A DNA stretch of 64,000 nt from a bacterium (GTDB lineage Bacteria; Hinthialibacterota; Hinthialibacteria; Hinthialibacterales; Hinthialibacteraceae). Each line of letters opens with the position of its first letter. Position 1 is the first letter of the stretch. The notes below the pieces were generated by a model. It saw only the letters and a program-made list of their open reading frames with translations, made no database searches and was not told the DNA's origin. A program made the translations under genes and the position numbers. Positions 19,649 to 29,500 of this stretch are shown in pieces. The stretch is from NCBI GenBank assembly GCA_963663405.2, contig CAXXSM010000110.1, forward strand, positions 1 to 64,000, given 5' to 3'.

Positions 19649-21111
19649 TTGGATATGGAGCCCGGATTCCAACTCGATCGCTTTATCATCAAAAGACTCT
19701 TAGCCCACGGAAATTCCGCAAGCGTCTATCTCGCTAACGACCAAATCCTCGATAGCGATGTTACGATCAAAGTGGTTGACATTGGCTCCAACAGTTCTCC
19801 CAACGCCGCCATTCAGTTGCAGAGAGAACATCAGGCGTATCACCACATTCAAGACCACCGCCATGTCCTGCAAGCGTTTGATCTTCATTCCGTGACTTGG
19901 GGCGGAGCCGCGTTCCTGATTCTGTCCATGGAATACGCGGAGGGTGGAACGCTTCGGAATTGGTTGAACGAGCGCCGGGGTGATGAAGAGACCCGCTATT
20001 TTCAAGGCTTGGAATATTTCAAACAGATCTGCCAGGGAGTTGCGGCAAGTCACAACGCCGGCGTTCTCCACTTGGATCTCAAACCGGAGAATTGCCTCTG
20101 TGTGGAGGGTGTGTATAAAAGTGGGGGGACTATAGTTCCTCGGCGGGGTTTCTCAATCAACCGATGAGCCAAGCGCTGGTGAACGATGAGGCGATTTCAT
20201 CCCGCTGTTTTACGCCGGCGTATATGGCCCCGGAACAGTTTATCGCCATCGATCCCGGTGATTTGGATATCCGATCGGATCTCTATAGTCTGGGGGTGAT
20301 TTTATACGAACTCGCACATCCCCAATGCCGCCCGCCTTTCGCAGGCTCGTACGAGCGTCTTCGTGAATTACACACAAGCGTTTCTCCATTACTCTACCCC
20401 ATCGAACATCCCGATCTCGCCGCCATTATCCAGCGATGCCTGGAAAAAGATCCCGCCAAACGGTATCAACGCGTCGAAGAACTGATGCGCGATCTCGAAT
20501 GTGGATATCGTCATTCTGAAATGGAAGATCAAAGGAACGTAATGTGGCAAGACATCCTGACTCACATCGAACGAGGGCGCCTTTCCCCCGCGAGGCGCCT
20601 CTGCCAACTCATCCTTCAGGACGATCCTTCCTGGACGGACGCGCGGGAAATCCTTGACCAGATTCAAGAACGGTTTCAGCAGGCTCAATCAATCTATACC
20701 GCGATGGAACAGGGATTGGATCGGCTCAGTCTTCACGAATTGAACGCGCTGCTGAACGCCGCCGTCGAAATATTCCCTGAACATCCAGCGGGACAGACGG
20801 TTCAGATCCTGCTCGAACAAAAAACAGAGCGCTACAGGCAAGCAATGGAAGAAGGCCTTACGGCTGTGCTGCGGCATGAATGGGACGAAGCGTATTCGTG
20901 GTTTGAGAAAGCCGATCGATACAATCCAGGCGCGATCGAGATCGTGAAAGCCAAACGATTCGTCAACAACATCCAACAAACGATCGAACCTACACGCCGT
21001 CGAATCAATCTGTGTCTGGACAATGGGGATCACGATAGGGCGCTGAATTTGGCGCGAAGCGTAGACCACTATCTTGCGAAACAGATCCCCGCGCTTCCCT
21101 CCTCTCCATAA
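19649..21111 (+). CDS. Hanks-type Ser/Thr kinase with C-terminal TPR-like helices; frameshift near 20120-20130
   Basis: VTIK, MEYAEGGTL, HLDLKPEN, TPAYMAPEQ, SDLYSLGVILYEL, CLEKDPAKRY. Removing two homopolymer bases restores KVGDYS at the DFG position. Confidence 0.85.
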
Positions 21112-21333
21112 CGCTGATCGGTTCATTCCAACCAAGAGAAAAAGAGAAGACGACGATTGATCCTGATTCATTATGGTGTCATTCTCTCGATAGCGTTCTT
21201 GAGACGCAGTTTCTTCAGTATTTCGATGACATGAGAACTACTCATCTTCGTTACACGCTTGAAAGAAAGATTGTCCGAAAACATGCGTTCTCAAAGCCCC
21301 CGCAACAGGCCTAGAGATGAAATGAAAAGGAGC

Positions 21334-21705
21334 CTACGAAGACTCCCGAACAAACAGGAAAACCGGATCCATTCGTTCCGGACATTCGGCTACATACGCC
21401 AGGCGATTTAATTCCGCCTGGTCGAGACACTCATTTGCGTCAAGAAGGCTTGAGTCCTCTTGTTCTTCGGTTTCGTTCATCTTTCGGTGACTATCGCTTA
21501 CAATCCCGAATTCCTTCCGCAACTGTTCTTCCTGTTGGGGATTCGCTTTCGGGTAGATCGGGAAACATTCGAAGCAATTCCAGAATACGATATCCAGTTC
21601 AGCGTTGTACGCGGCTTGGAGTTCATTTCCACAAACACATCGTCTGGTAAACCGGACGCTACTTAGGCTTGATTGTTCTTCCTCAGATTTCATTGTGTTA
21701 TTCAT
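21334..21705 (-). CDS. Small hypothetical protein with CxC...CxxC
   Basis: Strong RBS AAGGAGGT. CVCG and CFEC motifs. Confidence 0.65.
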   Translation of the reverse strand: MNNTMKSEEEQSSLSSVRFTRRCVCGNELQAAYNAELDIVFWNCFECFPIYPKANPQQEEQLRKEFGIVSDSHRKMNETEEQEDSSLLDANECLDQAELNRLAYVAECPERMDPVFLFVRESS

Positions 21706-21777
21706 TTTCGTACCTCCTTACCACCAGTTGGTGGTTCTCTCCATTGCCGGAGAACCACCTTAATGAAAGCGGGATAG

Positions 21778-21877
21778 CGGGTGGCTGTGAGCGAATCCCT
21801 CGATAAATCTTTAGGCCGGAAGGCCGGCCCGCCTTGGCGGGAAAAGATTTACGTAAGGGATTTGCGTGGCCGCCCGC
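21778..21877 (+). other. Y-shaped hairpin element, copy 1 (structured RNA or ssDNA)
   Basis: Nested stems gcgggtggc/gccgcccgc, gcgaatccc/gggatttgc and taaatcttt/aaagattta, capped by two short hairpins (GGAA and CTTG loops). Confidence 0.7.
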
Positions 21878-22160
21878 GTGCAGCGAATCATGACAGCGAT
21901 ACTGCAACAGCTTGTTTTATGATTGTGGAATAAATTGGTCAAAAAAATGAAGAGATAATCTATGACTTGTAATGGTGATAAACGTTTGTTCTTTGAATGA
22001 ACGAATTAAAAGCAAATGTGAATTTTGTAGCGATTGCGATAGTCAGACAGATGATGTCTTGGAGGTTGAATGAGTAGACGATTCATTCCATTCAAGACTC
22101 CGTTGATTCTAGGCTGTGATCAAACCACGGCCATATACCAACTCGCGTAAAACGATAATA

Positions 22161-22220
22161 GCAGGGGGCGCGGGGGACGCGTCCCCCGGATTTTCCTGAG
22201 CTCGTCAGCGCGGAGCGAAA
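22161..22220. other. GC-rich inverted repeat, oriT/dso-like candidate
   Basis: GGGGGCGCGGGGGACGCGTCCCCCG hairpin in intergenic DNA at the edge of a skewed region. Function inferred only. Confidence 0.3.
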
Positions 22221-23085
22221 AACCATTTTCTCATTCAAACCAACGCAACCAACCGCGCCTCAAAATCCTGTTATCGGCTCCACAAACATTCCACAAAAAC
22301 AGACCAATTCTTTCTTCTCTCCTTGCATTCAAAATCTTGCGCAACTCACAAATCCATATTTCAATATTTTCTTCATCTTCCCCAACACAAAATCAACTCA
22401 CTTTCTCCCCATTCTAACACGCGTGATCTCACTCAACTATATCGAATTGTTTTTCCGTCTGCTGAACATCGCACCTTCATTCCCACAATCCCAACCGTCC
22501 CTTTACCAAAACCATTCTCCTCAGACAAAACCACCAATCCATCTCTGCCTATCACTATAACTTGAACTCATCCGAACTCTCGATCCCGCCAACAACCAAC
22601 GCAAGACAAAAACAAGAGAAGAAAATGAAAAGAACAAAATCCTCTATCTGTGAAATCCAAACGAAAAACTCTACTCCATTCTCAACCATTTTCTCTTCAC
22701 GCTACTCCACACAAAACCAATTCCCTTTTTACCGATCATAACAGGCTTGACATCTTCCTCTCCAAAAATCCAATAGAACTTCCGCTTGTTGAACACTCCT
22801 CGTCATCTCTGCAATCCCAACCGTTCCATTCTCAAAACCTATCGTTCCATTCTCATCAGGCAAACTCCCAGCCCGTCTCTAACCGAAAATTCAACTTGAT
22901 CTCTTCCACACTCTCGATCCTACCAACAACCAATCCATCTCGAAAACAGGAATTACACCGACAAATCCTCGATTCAATCCAAATCCCAACTATTCTCGAT
23001 CCAAATCCTCCTGACACTCACACGAAACAACAACCTGAAATAGGAAGCCAAAGAAACAACAACAAAAGAAAAAAAAGAAAGAAAT

Positions 23086-23400
23086 TCAATCCATGCAAAA
23101 CGTCATGAATTCCTGATCTCTGTACAACGAATCAAGGAGCGCAAGAGATTCTCGAAGTTGCAACCACTCTTCTTTGATCCGCTTATGTGTGTCTGTGTTA
23201 ATCCCATTGAAGGTCATTTCCATCGCCATCTTCATTTGATAGTAGGAATCGATATGTCGAACCAATGCCGGATGCCTTGCTGCGCTTCCCACCAATGACT
23301 GGGTTCTTCGTGATGTCCAATACAAATCACTCAAGTAGCGCAAGACGTCTCGGGTCTGTTCGGTGTCTTTCCATGTATTCATGGTTTTTGGGGTTTTCAT
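23086..23400 (-). CDS. Small helical hypothetical protein
   Basis: RBS GAGGT before ATG 23400 (MKTPKTMNTW...). Confidence 0.6.
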   Translation of the reverse strand: MKTPKTMNTWKDTEQTRDVLRYLSDLYWTSRRTQSLVGSAARHPALVRHIDSYYQMKMAMEMTFNGINTDTHKRIKEEWLQLRESLALLDSLYRDQEFMTFCMD

Positions 23401-23443
23401 TTTTGTTACCTCTGGAGAATGACTCTTTGGCCGTTCTTCCAAA

Positions 23444-23576
23444 ATTATCATTTTCTCATCATGGGGGGTCTTTAAGCGAATCCCTCGATAAACCTTTAGG
23501 CCCTTGGGCCGGCCCCGAAGGGGAAAAGGTTTACGTATGGGATTAGCGTGACCTCCTGTGATGAGAAAATGATAAT
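23444..23576 (+). other. Y-shaped hairpin element, copy 2
   Basis: Same 75-nt core (23476-23550) as copy 1 with compensatory changes, plus a 27-bp outer inverted repeat attatcattttctcatca.../...tgatgagaaaatgataat. Confidence 0.72.
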
Positions 23577-23926
23577 AGTCGTTTTAGGGACACGGGGCTT
23601 AAGTCGTGGAATATCAACGGGCTTCCCTGTCCGTAATTGGGGGTGGGTTTAGGACGCGCTTTCTTTTCGTTGGGGACAGGATTGAAGCGTTTGCGGATAA
23701 TCCGGTTAGGGTTTGGGATGAATGAGGACAAAAAAGATATAGATTGAGGACGATGATCCACTGGTAAGGGTCATGGATTTCAGGATTCCACGAAGGATTG
23801 GATACTTGAATCTTCCACTGCCGCGTGATGGGATTTCAGGATCGAGGCCCGGGTGATAATGGAACCATCATCCCGGTTTAAAATCGTTCCCCGTTCTCTT
23901 TATGGCCGGTCTCATCCGTATCCACG

Positions 23927-23960
23927 GCCTTATCAAGTATTGGACAATTCTTGATAAGGC
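23927..23960. terminator. Inverted repeat downstream of the pilin-like gene
   Basis: gccttatcaag-N12-cttgataaggc (perfect 11-bp arms). No clear U tract. Confidence 0.35.
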
Positions 23961-23977
23961 GTGAGCGACACCTATTG

Positions 23978-24577
23978 TCACTGGAACTCACAAAATTCAG
24001 GAGTGGAATTCTCTGGGATGGTGATGAAGAGGTCGCCTGCGCTGTTTATACCGTTTGTTGGATCGAAAATTATCTGTTTTGATTCGATACTGAAAGATGG
24101 CGTTTTTTCCATGAATGAATTGGGGCCGCGGCTGACGATTACGCATCCTTTTTGATTGCCCCCTCGGAATGTGAATTGATCGTTGAGTTCTTCTTTTGAG
24201 GAGGCGACAAGGAAATATCCGTCCTCATAGCGATCTGGGAAAGGATCGTGGAAAAAGATCTGGCCCAGGTCCTTTGATAAGGATAGGTAAAAGAAATTAT
24301 ACGCGTTAAATGCGCTTGTCCATTCAATGGAACCATCTCCCCATGTAGGAGGAGGAATAAATACGAGATCTTCAGGGTAGTGTTGATTTGTCGTATAGAA
24401 TTCAATATACCGCTGTGAGAGAACGTGACATTTCGAATGCAATTGAGCGATTTTGGCGCGGGATACAATGTGATGATAGGAAGCAATCGTTATCAGACTC
24501 AAAATCGATAGAATTGAGATCGCGATAATGAGTTCAGGAAGAGTGAAGGATGATTTACCGGCAAATAAATCACGCAT
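23978..24577 (-). CDS. Type IV pilin/pseudopilin-like protein
   Basis: SFTLPELIIAISILSIL prepilin-type N-terminus. DPF...SRGP...FDPTNGINSAGD C-terminal motif. Confidence 0.8.
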   Translation of the reverse strand: MRDLFAGKSSFTLPELIIAISILSILSLITIASYHHIVSRAKIAQLHSKCHVLSQRYIEFYTTNQHYPEDLVFIPPPTWGDGSIEWTSAFNAYNFFYLSLSKDLGQIFFHDPFPDRYEDGYFLVASSKEELNDQFTFRGGNQKGCVIVSRGPNSFMEKTPSFSIESKQIIFDPTNGINSAGDLFITIPENSTPEFCEFQ

Positions 24578-24681
24578 CTGAATGATTTCGCTAAATTATT
24601 ATACTTATCCACCCTGCGATGTATCATTTTTCACTCTATCGAATCACAGATACTTTTGTCAAGAGAGATATAACCATCCTC

Positions 24682-25438
24682 TCATTTTTTCGATCTTCTC
24701 AAGACCTGAGTCCAAGGAATGCTTCCTGACTCAGTCCACCAGACTTTCTGATTCACGAATTGGTTCCGTTTGACGCATTGGTCGCGATCAATAGTGAATG
24801 ACTCTCCGGATTGAATTTCTTTCCGATAGGATTGAGTTTGAATTTGCACCCTTCCCTCGAATACATCCAAAAACAATTTCTGATTTTCAAGCGCAATACA
24901 ATATTCCGTTCCCAACACTTGGATATCCGCAATCGATGTTCTGATACTCCATTCTGGTTCAGTATCATCCGTGTGCATATACTGCGCTCGGCCTCCTATC
25001 AATCGAATGCGCTGATTCTCTTCATGCTGAATCGTTGTATTTCGATCGAGAATTATGGCGGTCTCTTGATTCAGTTGCGCATACATTTGATTGTTCAGAG
25101 TGGCGAGTACGCTAATGGACAGGTAATTTGAATTCATTGGCGCCGGCGATCTGTTCTTTGTCATCGATATGAATAACTCCTTGTCCGTGTATTATCTTCA
25201 TTCTTAGACTTGATTGTGGCGCATAGAAGCAATAAATAGTAATCGCAAAAAGAATGAAGATCGAAACGGACACTGTAATGGGCGCCGTTCGCCATGAGAA
25301 TCGCGGTTTCGACTCAATAGTATGAATGGAACGCAGAATTCTGAACTCCAAATTCTGTGTTGGGATCAGAGATTGTATTTCATTTGAAACTTCATCCATC
25401 AAAGAATCAACGATGGAATCGTCTATGTTTTTATTCAT
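24682..25438 (-). CDS. FecR-like anti-sigma factor, split by a frameshift near 25120-25140
   Basis: The N-part has a single TM helix. The C-part has IQVLGTEY...LDVFEGRVQ. Overlaps the ECF sigma stop. Confidence 0.75.
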
Positions 25439-26018
25439 CGGAATAACTCCATTTTTGATGAAAAAGGGTTTTCAATTTTGAGCGCGCGCGCCGCAGACGA
25501 CTATTCACAGCCTCAAAATGGATCGAAAGAATGCTTGCGATTTCTTCTCTTGGAATTTGTTCGATATAGTATAACGTTAAAATTTCCCGGTCTTTTCTCG
25601 ACAACCGGAAAAATATTTGTAGGGCTAAATAATTTTTCTCCTTCTCATCGAGTCTTTCGCACGGAGTCGTAACCGGTTCCGCGTCATTTCCTTTACGGCG
25701 AAATATCCGGATAATGCGCTCCCGCCGGATATGGTTGATACTCAAATGACGCGCAATTTGGAACAGAAGAGCGCGAACATTGAAGATGGTCTTTCCTTTC
25801 AACACATAATTGGTCCACAGCGACAGAAACGAGTCATGCACTATATCATCCACTTCTTCAATATTCCCAGTTTGTGCAACCACATATTTCCGCATTGAAT
25901 CCTGGTACAAACCGATTATTTTCCGGAACGCATATTCAGATCCTGCGCCTAACAGCTTTTCCAGGCTCAAATGTGATGATTGAATAGTTTCCTCATGAAA
26001 TTTCGGATTCGTTTCCAT
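25431..26018 (-). CDS. ECF sigma factor
   Basis: DDIVHDSFLSLW, LFQIARHLSINHIRR, LSRKDREILTLYY...EEIASIL...VNSRLRRAR. Confidence 0.9.
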   Translation of the reverse strand: METNPKFHEETIQSSHLSLEKLLGAGSEYAFRKIIGLYQDSMRKYVVAQTGNIEEVDDIVHDSFLSLWTNYVLKGKTIFNVRALLFQIARHLSINHIRRERIIRIFRRKGNDAEPVTTPCERLDEKEKNYLALQIFFRLSRKDREILTLYYIEQIPREEIASILSIHFEAVNSRLRRARSKLKTLFHQKWSYSDE

Positions 26019-26111
26019 TCTAAAGACCAATATGAGTAACGCGATCAATAAAGGGCACTTCGACTATTAGTTTTATTCGTATATAAAAACGATTACACCA
26101 ATCCATATTGA

Positions 26112-26140
26112 ATAGTCGACTTCCAATCAAAATTTGGTCA
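26112..26140 (-). promoter_or_regulatory. ECF-type promoter TGACC-N16-TCGACTAT (likely autoregulatory)
   Basis: Identical elements and spacing to 27619-27647. Directly upstream of the ECF gene. Confidence 0.65.
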
Positions 26141-26146
26141 AAAAAA

Positions 26147-27580
26147 TTAATGAATTTTCCAATTCTCAACCGCGCTGTTCACTGAAGTCGGTGTGGGCGC
26201 CGGTATTATGTTTGGGTCATTGAAGTAAATTCGGTTTAAGAAACTGGATTGATTTTCAGTCACAAAAATGACCTCTGCGGCTCTATTGCCATCGGTGTCA
26301 CCCAATATCGGTGTACCCTTGAGCGTTCCTGGAATATAGTAAGGAGGGATTCCGGCGGTCGATAAATCTTCCGTAAAAATATATAGAATGAATCGCTCTC
26401 CTACTTTTTGTACGGTTGGGATTTCAGCAAATGAATTCCATTGCATATTGGCCGCTCCAGAAAACGGTTCGGCGTTCAAGACAGTGAAAACCCGGACACG
26501 ATTCTGGGATGGATTCATCCAGTTGAGATTCGAACCGCTTGTGAAAAAAACGATTTCCGATTCCACATCTTCATCCCAGTTGCCAACCGAAAGAGTCAGG
26601 CAATCTTCCTGTTGCAGTACAAATTCGCGAATAAACCGGCCGTCAAAAAGATCCAACAGGAAAACCGACCGCGGAATACTCGCATCGGAATTTTGATTAA
26701 GCGCGGTTCCCGCGATCACAATGGGATCGCCGCTATTGGATTGACCGATGGCTAAACGAGAGATAAACAGATCAGACCGAATCGGCTGCTCCCACAGCAA
26801 AACAGGCTCATCCGATTCTTGGCTGAACAGATAGGCGTATATAGAGGTAGAAGATGTAGATTGAGAGAGATCGGGTAAATTGGTCGCCGCTAGAATCAGA
26901 TACGATTCCTTGAACAGATCATCTTGAGTGATCGCCATAACCGCCGGTGAAATGGGAGCGGGAAAATCGATTGTTGTTTCATGGTTTTTTCGTGATATAT
27001 CATACATTCTCACAAAGCTATTAGCGTTCTCCGTATTCTCGTAAGTAATCAATTCGAGAGAACCATCGTAATTGATATCCACTGCCGTAAAAATCTTCTC
27101 GTTTGCAGTACCATCTTTCCCAGGAATTTGAAAGAGATGACTTTCATTTAAGACGCTATAGGCTCGATGTTCTGTTTTACCGTTGAAATAGGCCGAGTAT
27201 AAGACGTCTTTTAAATGATCGTTATCAACATCAACCAAAGCGCTTAGGTAAATCGATGGTTTTGGGGAGCCAATTATTGGGATCGTATCAATGGATTGGA
27301 TTGTAAAATCAATAAAATAAATGTTATCACGATCGACTGATTGACCGATCACTTCTTGAATCCCATCTTGATCCAAATCGGCGCACAATAGATTTTCAAG
27401 GACTGATGGGATTCGAATGGAGTCAACATTCAAGAAATTCTGTATGTTCGTTTCAGTGAAGGGAAATTCTAAAAATGCGCTGGATCTCCTGTTGGCAAAA
27501 GGATGATCCCACTCACTCTCCGGATTCGCAGGAATTGGAGTAGTGAGTAAACCCATCAATAAAACAAAGAAATAAATCAT
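26147..27580 (-). CDS. Secreted FG-GAP/VCBS-repeat beta-propeller protein
   Basis: Signal peptide. DLDQDGIQEV, DVDNDHLKDV, DINYDGSLEL and DTDGNRAAEV repeats. Pro/Thr linker and short tail. Confidence 0.8.
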   Translation of the reverse strand: MIYFFVLLMGLLTTPIPANPESEWDHPFANRRSSAFLEFPFTETNIQNFLNVDSIRIPSVLENLLCADLDQDGIQEVIGQSVDRDNIYFIDFTIQSIDTIPIIGSPKPSIYLSALVDVDNDHLKDVLYSAYFNGKTEHRAYSVLNESHLFQIPGKDGTANEKIFTAVDINYDGSLELITYENTENANSFVRMYDISRKNHETTIDFPAPISPAVMAITQDDLFKESYLILAATNLPDLSQSTSSTSIYAYLFSQESDEPVLLWEQPIRSDLFISRLAIGQSNSGDPIVIAGTALNQNSDASIPRSVFLLDLFDGRFIREFVLQQEDCLTLSVGNWDEDVESEIVFFTSGSNLNWMNPSQNRVRVFTVLNAEPFSGAANMQWNSFAEIPTVQKVGERFILYIFTEDLSTAGIPPYYIPGTLKGTPILGDTDGNRAAEVIFVTENQSSFLNRIYFNDPNIIPAPTPTSVNSAVENWKIH

Positions 27581-27618
27581 TCGGATTCAATATCGAATTC
27601 AAAATCGTTTTCTTTAGT

Positions 27619-27647
27619 ATAGTCGATTTTTCATACTCACTTGGTCA
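27619..27647 (-). promoter_or_regulatory. ECF-type promoter TGACC-N16-TCGACTAT
   Basis: Second exact match of both boxes, about 40 bp upstream of ATG 27580. Confidence 0.65.
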
Positions 27648-27927
27648 TCAAAATGCTTTTTTCATCCAGAAAAAAAAGATCGAAGAAACGCCTTCATCCT
27701 CCAAAATGCCTTTCATAACACTTTACTAGTGATATGAAAAAAGACTATAGTTTTTTGCATTCGGCTGGTTTATCTCAAAAAAACGCGCGGATTCGTAGTA
27801 TCGATACCCCGAAATTGCTCATTGGATTGAATAGGTGAAAGAGCGAGTATTGAATTTCCTTGGCAATTATTCATTTGTTCAATAATTTTATAGAATAATT
27901 CATCCTATTGAGAAATTGGAATGTTAA

Positions 27928-29487
27928 ATGAACTCACTAAATCGATTGACTTGTCTTCTGTTCTTGTTTCTATTCAGCACAATCTCTTATTCACACACGG
28001 CTAACCAATGGCTCACGCAATGGGGAAATCCCCAAAGGACTCGGTATTTTTCGTCGGACCATATACCTTCTCAAAAAGCCACCCGATTGACAAAAAGAAC
28101 AATTCAATTGCCATTCCCAATTGAAGAATTTTTCTATACGGCGGACGTTACTGGAGATGGAAAAGCCGAGTTCGTCTCGTTGATTCACGATCCACCTTCG
28201 ATTTTGATCGTGGATCTTACGAATGAATCATACGAACAGATTCCATTAGAAAAGAGTCCTCATCTGACAGAAGAGAATGCTGAAATCGAATATGCGATTA
28301 ATCAACTTGTGGATTATGATGACGAACCTGGATTGGAGATTTTCTGCGAAGTCCTGCCAGTTGTTCCCGGATCGTATTATGATGGCAAACCGACATTTTA
28401 CCAGATTGTTTCTCCCCGTTTGAAGAAGGTCATCCATAGGTTTTCTGGTATTACCATTGAAGACCGGAGTGGGGATGGAATGTGGAGCGGGTGCGAAAGC
28501 GCTTCCATTTTATTCAAGGACCAAACGGATCAATGGAAAATGGCCGCATACATGTCTGCCGGGCATGAGGATTACAAACCAAGATCGATCAATATATACA
28601 ACATTGAAAGCGGTCAGCTGGAGGCGCAATTTCATACGGCCACGAGCACACGGATGATTTCATTGCTTAAAACGGAAAGCGACGAAATATTGATGACGCT
28701 TTGGTCTCACACCCCTGATAACTGGATACGGATCAACGGAGAGATTCAATACGATGAAGATGGAAGCGCGATTAATGTAAGTGAGATTTTGGATGAAAAG
28801 GTCGTAACCGATAAAGAAGGGTATAGTATCTGTTTGAACTATGATGGCTCGCTGAACGAAGACGCGCTCCAATTACGTTGGTATTCAAAAAATGCGGATT
28901 ACTGTTCCATCAATTCTGCAATTATTCAAGACTCTCAGAATAGAAACCTTACCGTAGATTTATGGCATGTCATTCGCGCATGGGATCCGCTATCCCCTGG
29001 AGGAATACGCATTTTTGATTTGGAGACAGGAGAGACAATTAATGAATTTCAAGCCGATGAGGGATTATCGTTTGAACACATTATCGCTCCACCCCATAGC
29101 GATAGGATTTACACTCGAATTTACGAACTTCCTCATCTAGTCCAATACAATATCCAAAACGGCGAAAATAAAATTGTAGAATTATCCGATAATTCCATCG
29201 TTCAACTCGAACTGATTGGGACGGCGGATATGGATGGCGGCGGTGAGTATGATATTGTTGTTATGAGTAATGCCTCGGATGAGTTTGAATTGATTGTCCT
29301 GGATACAGATCTGAACGAAAAAACCTCCATTCCAATTCCTCCATCCTATAAAACCGCTGTTTTTGGGGACGCGAATCAGAATGGATACCCCGAAGTCTAT
29401 TTGATCGATCAAAATACCAACCAGAGTCTCACCATTATTGAATACGGCAATCCTTCTTCTTTTTTCCCGTTTAACGATTACAAATAA
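27928..29487 (+). CDS. Secreted FG-GAP/VCBS-repeat beta-propeller protein
   Basis: Signal peptide, WLTQWGNPQRT, ADVTGDGKAEF, DMDGGGEYDIV, GDANQNGYPEV. Confidence 0.8.
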   Translation: MNSLNRLTCLLFLFLFSTISYSHTANQWLTQWGNPQRTRYFSSDHIPSQKATRLTKRTIQLPFPIEEFFYTADVTGDGKAEFVSLIHDPPSILIVDLTNESYEQIPLEKSPHLTEENAEIEYAINQLVDYDDEPGLEIFCEVLPVVPGSYYDGKPTFYQIVSPRLKKVIHRFSGITIEDRSGDGMWSGCESASILFKDQTDQWKMAAYMSAGHEDYKPRSINIYNIESGQLEAQFHTATSTRMISLLKTESDEILMTLWSHTPDNWIRINGEIQYDEDGSAINVSEILDEKVVTDKEGYSICLNYDGSLNEDALQLRWYSKNADYCSINSAIIQDSQNRNLTVDLWHVIRAWDPLSPGGIRIFDLETGETINEFQADEGLSFEHIIAPPHSDRIYTRIYELPHLVQYNIQNGENKIVELSDNSIVQLELIGTADMDGGGEYDIVVMSNASDEFELIVLDTDLNEKTSIPIPPSYKTAVFGDANQNGYPEVYLIDQNTNQSLTIIEYGNPSSFFPFNDYK

Positions 29488-29500
29488 GGGCTTATGGATT

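Noticed and set aside
21778-21877. Y-element as tRNA, hammerhead ribozyme or simple terminator
   Set aside because: It has no T-loop or CCA, no CUGANGA core and no U tract, and the conserved three-way junction exceeds a terminator.
22323-23108. ORFs 22323..22565 and 22650..23108
   Set aside because: Their S/P/H/T/N-rich composition is explained by the G-poor strand bias, and they lack an RBS and motifs.
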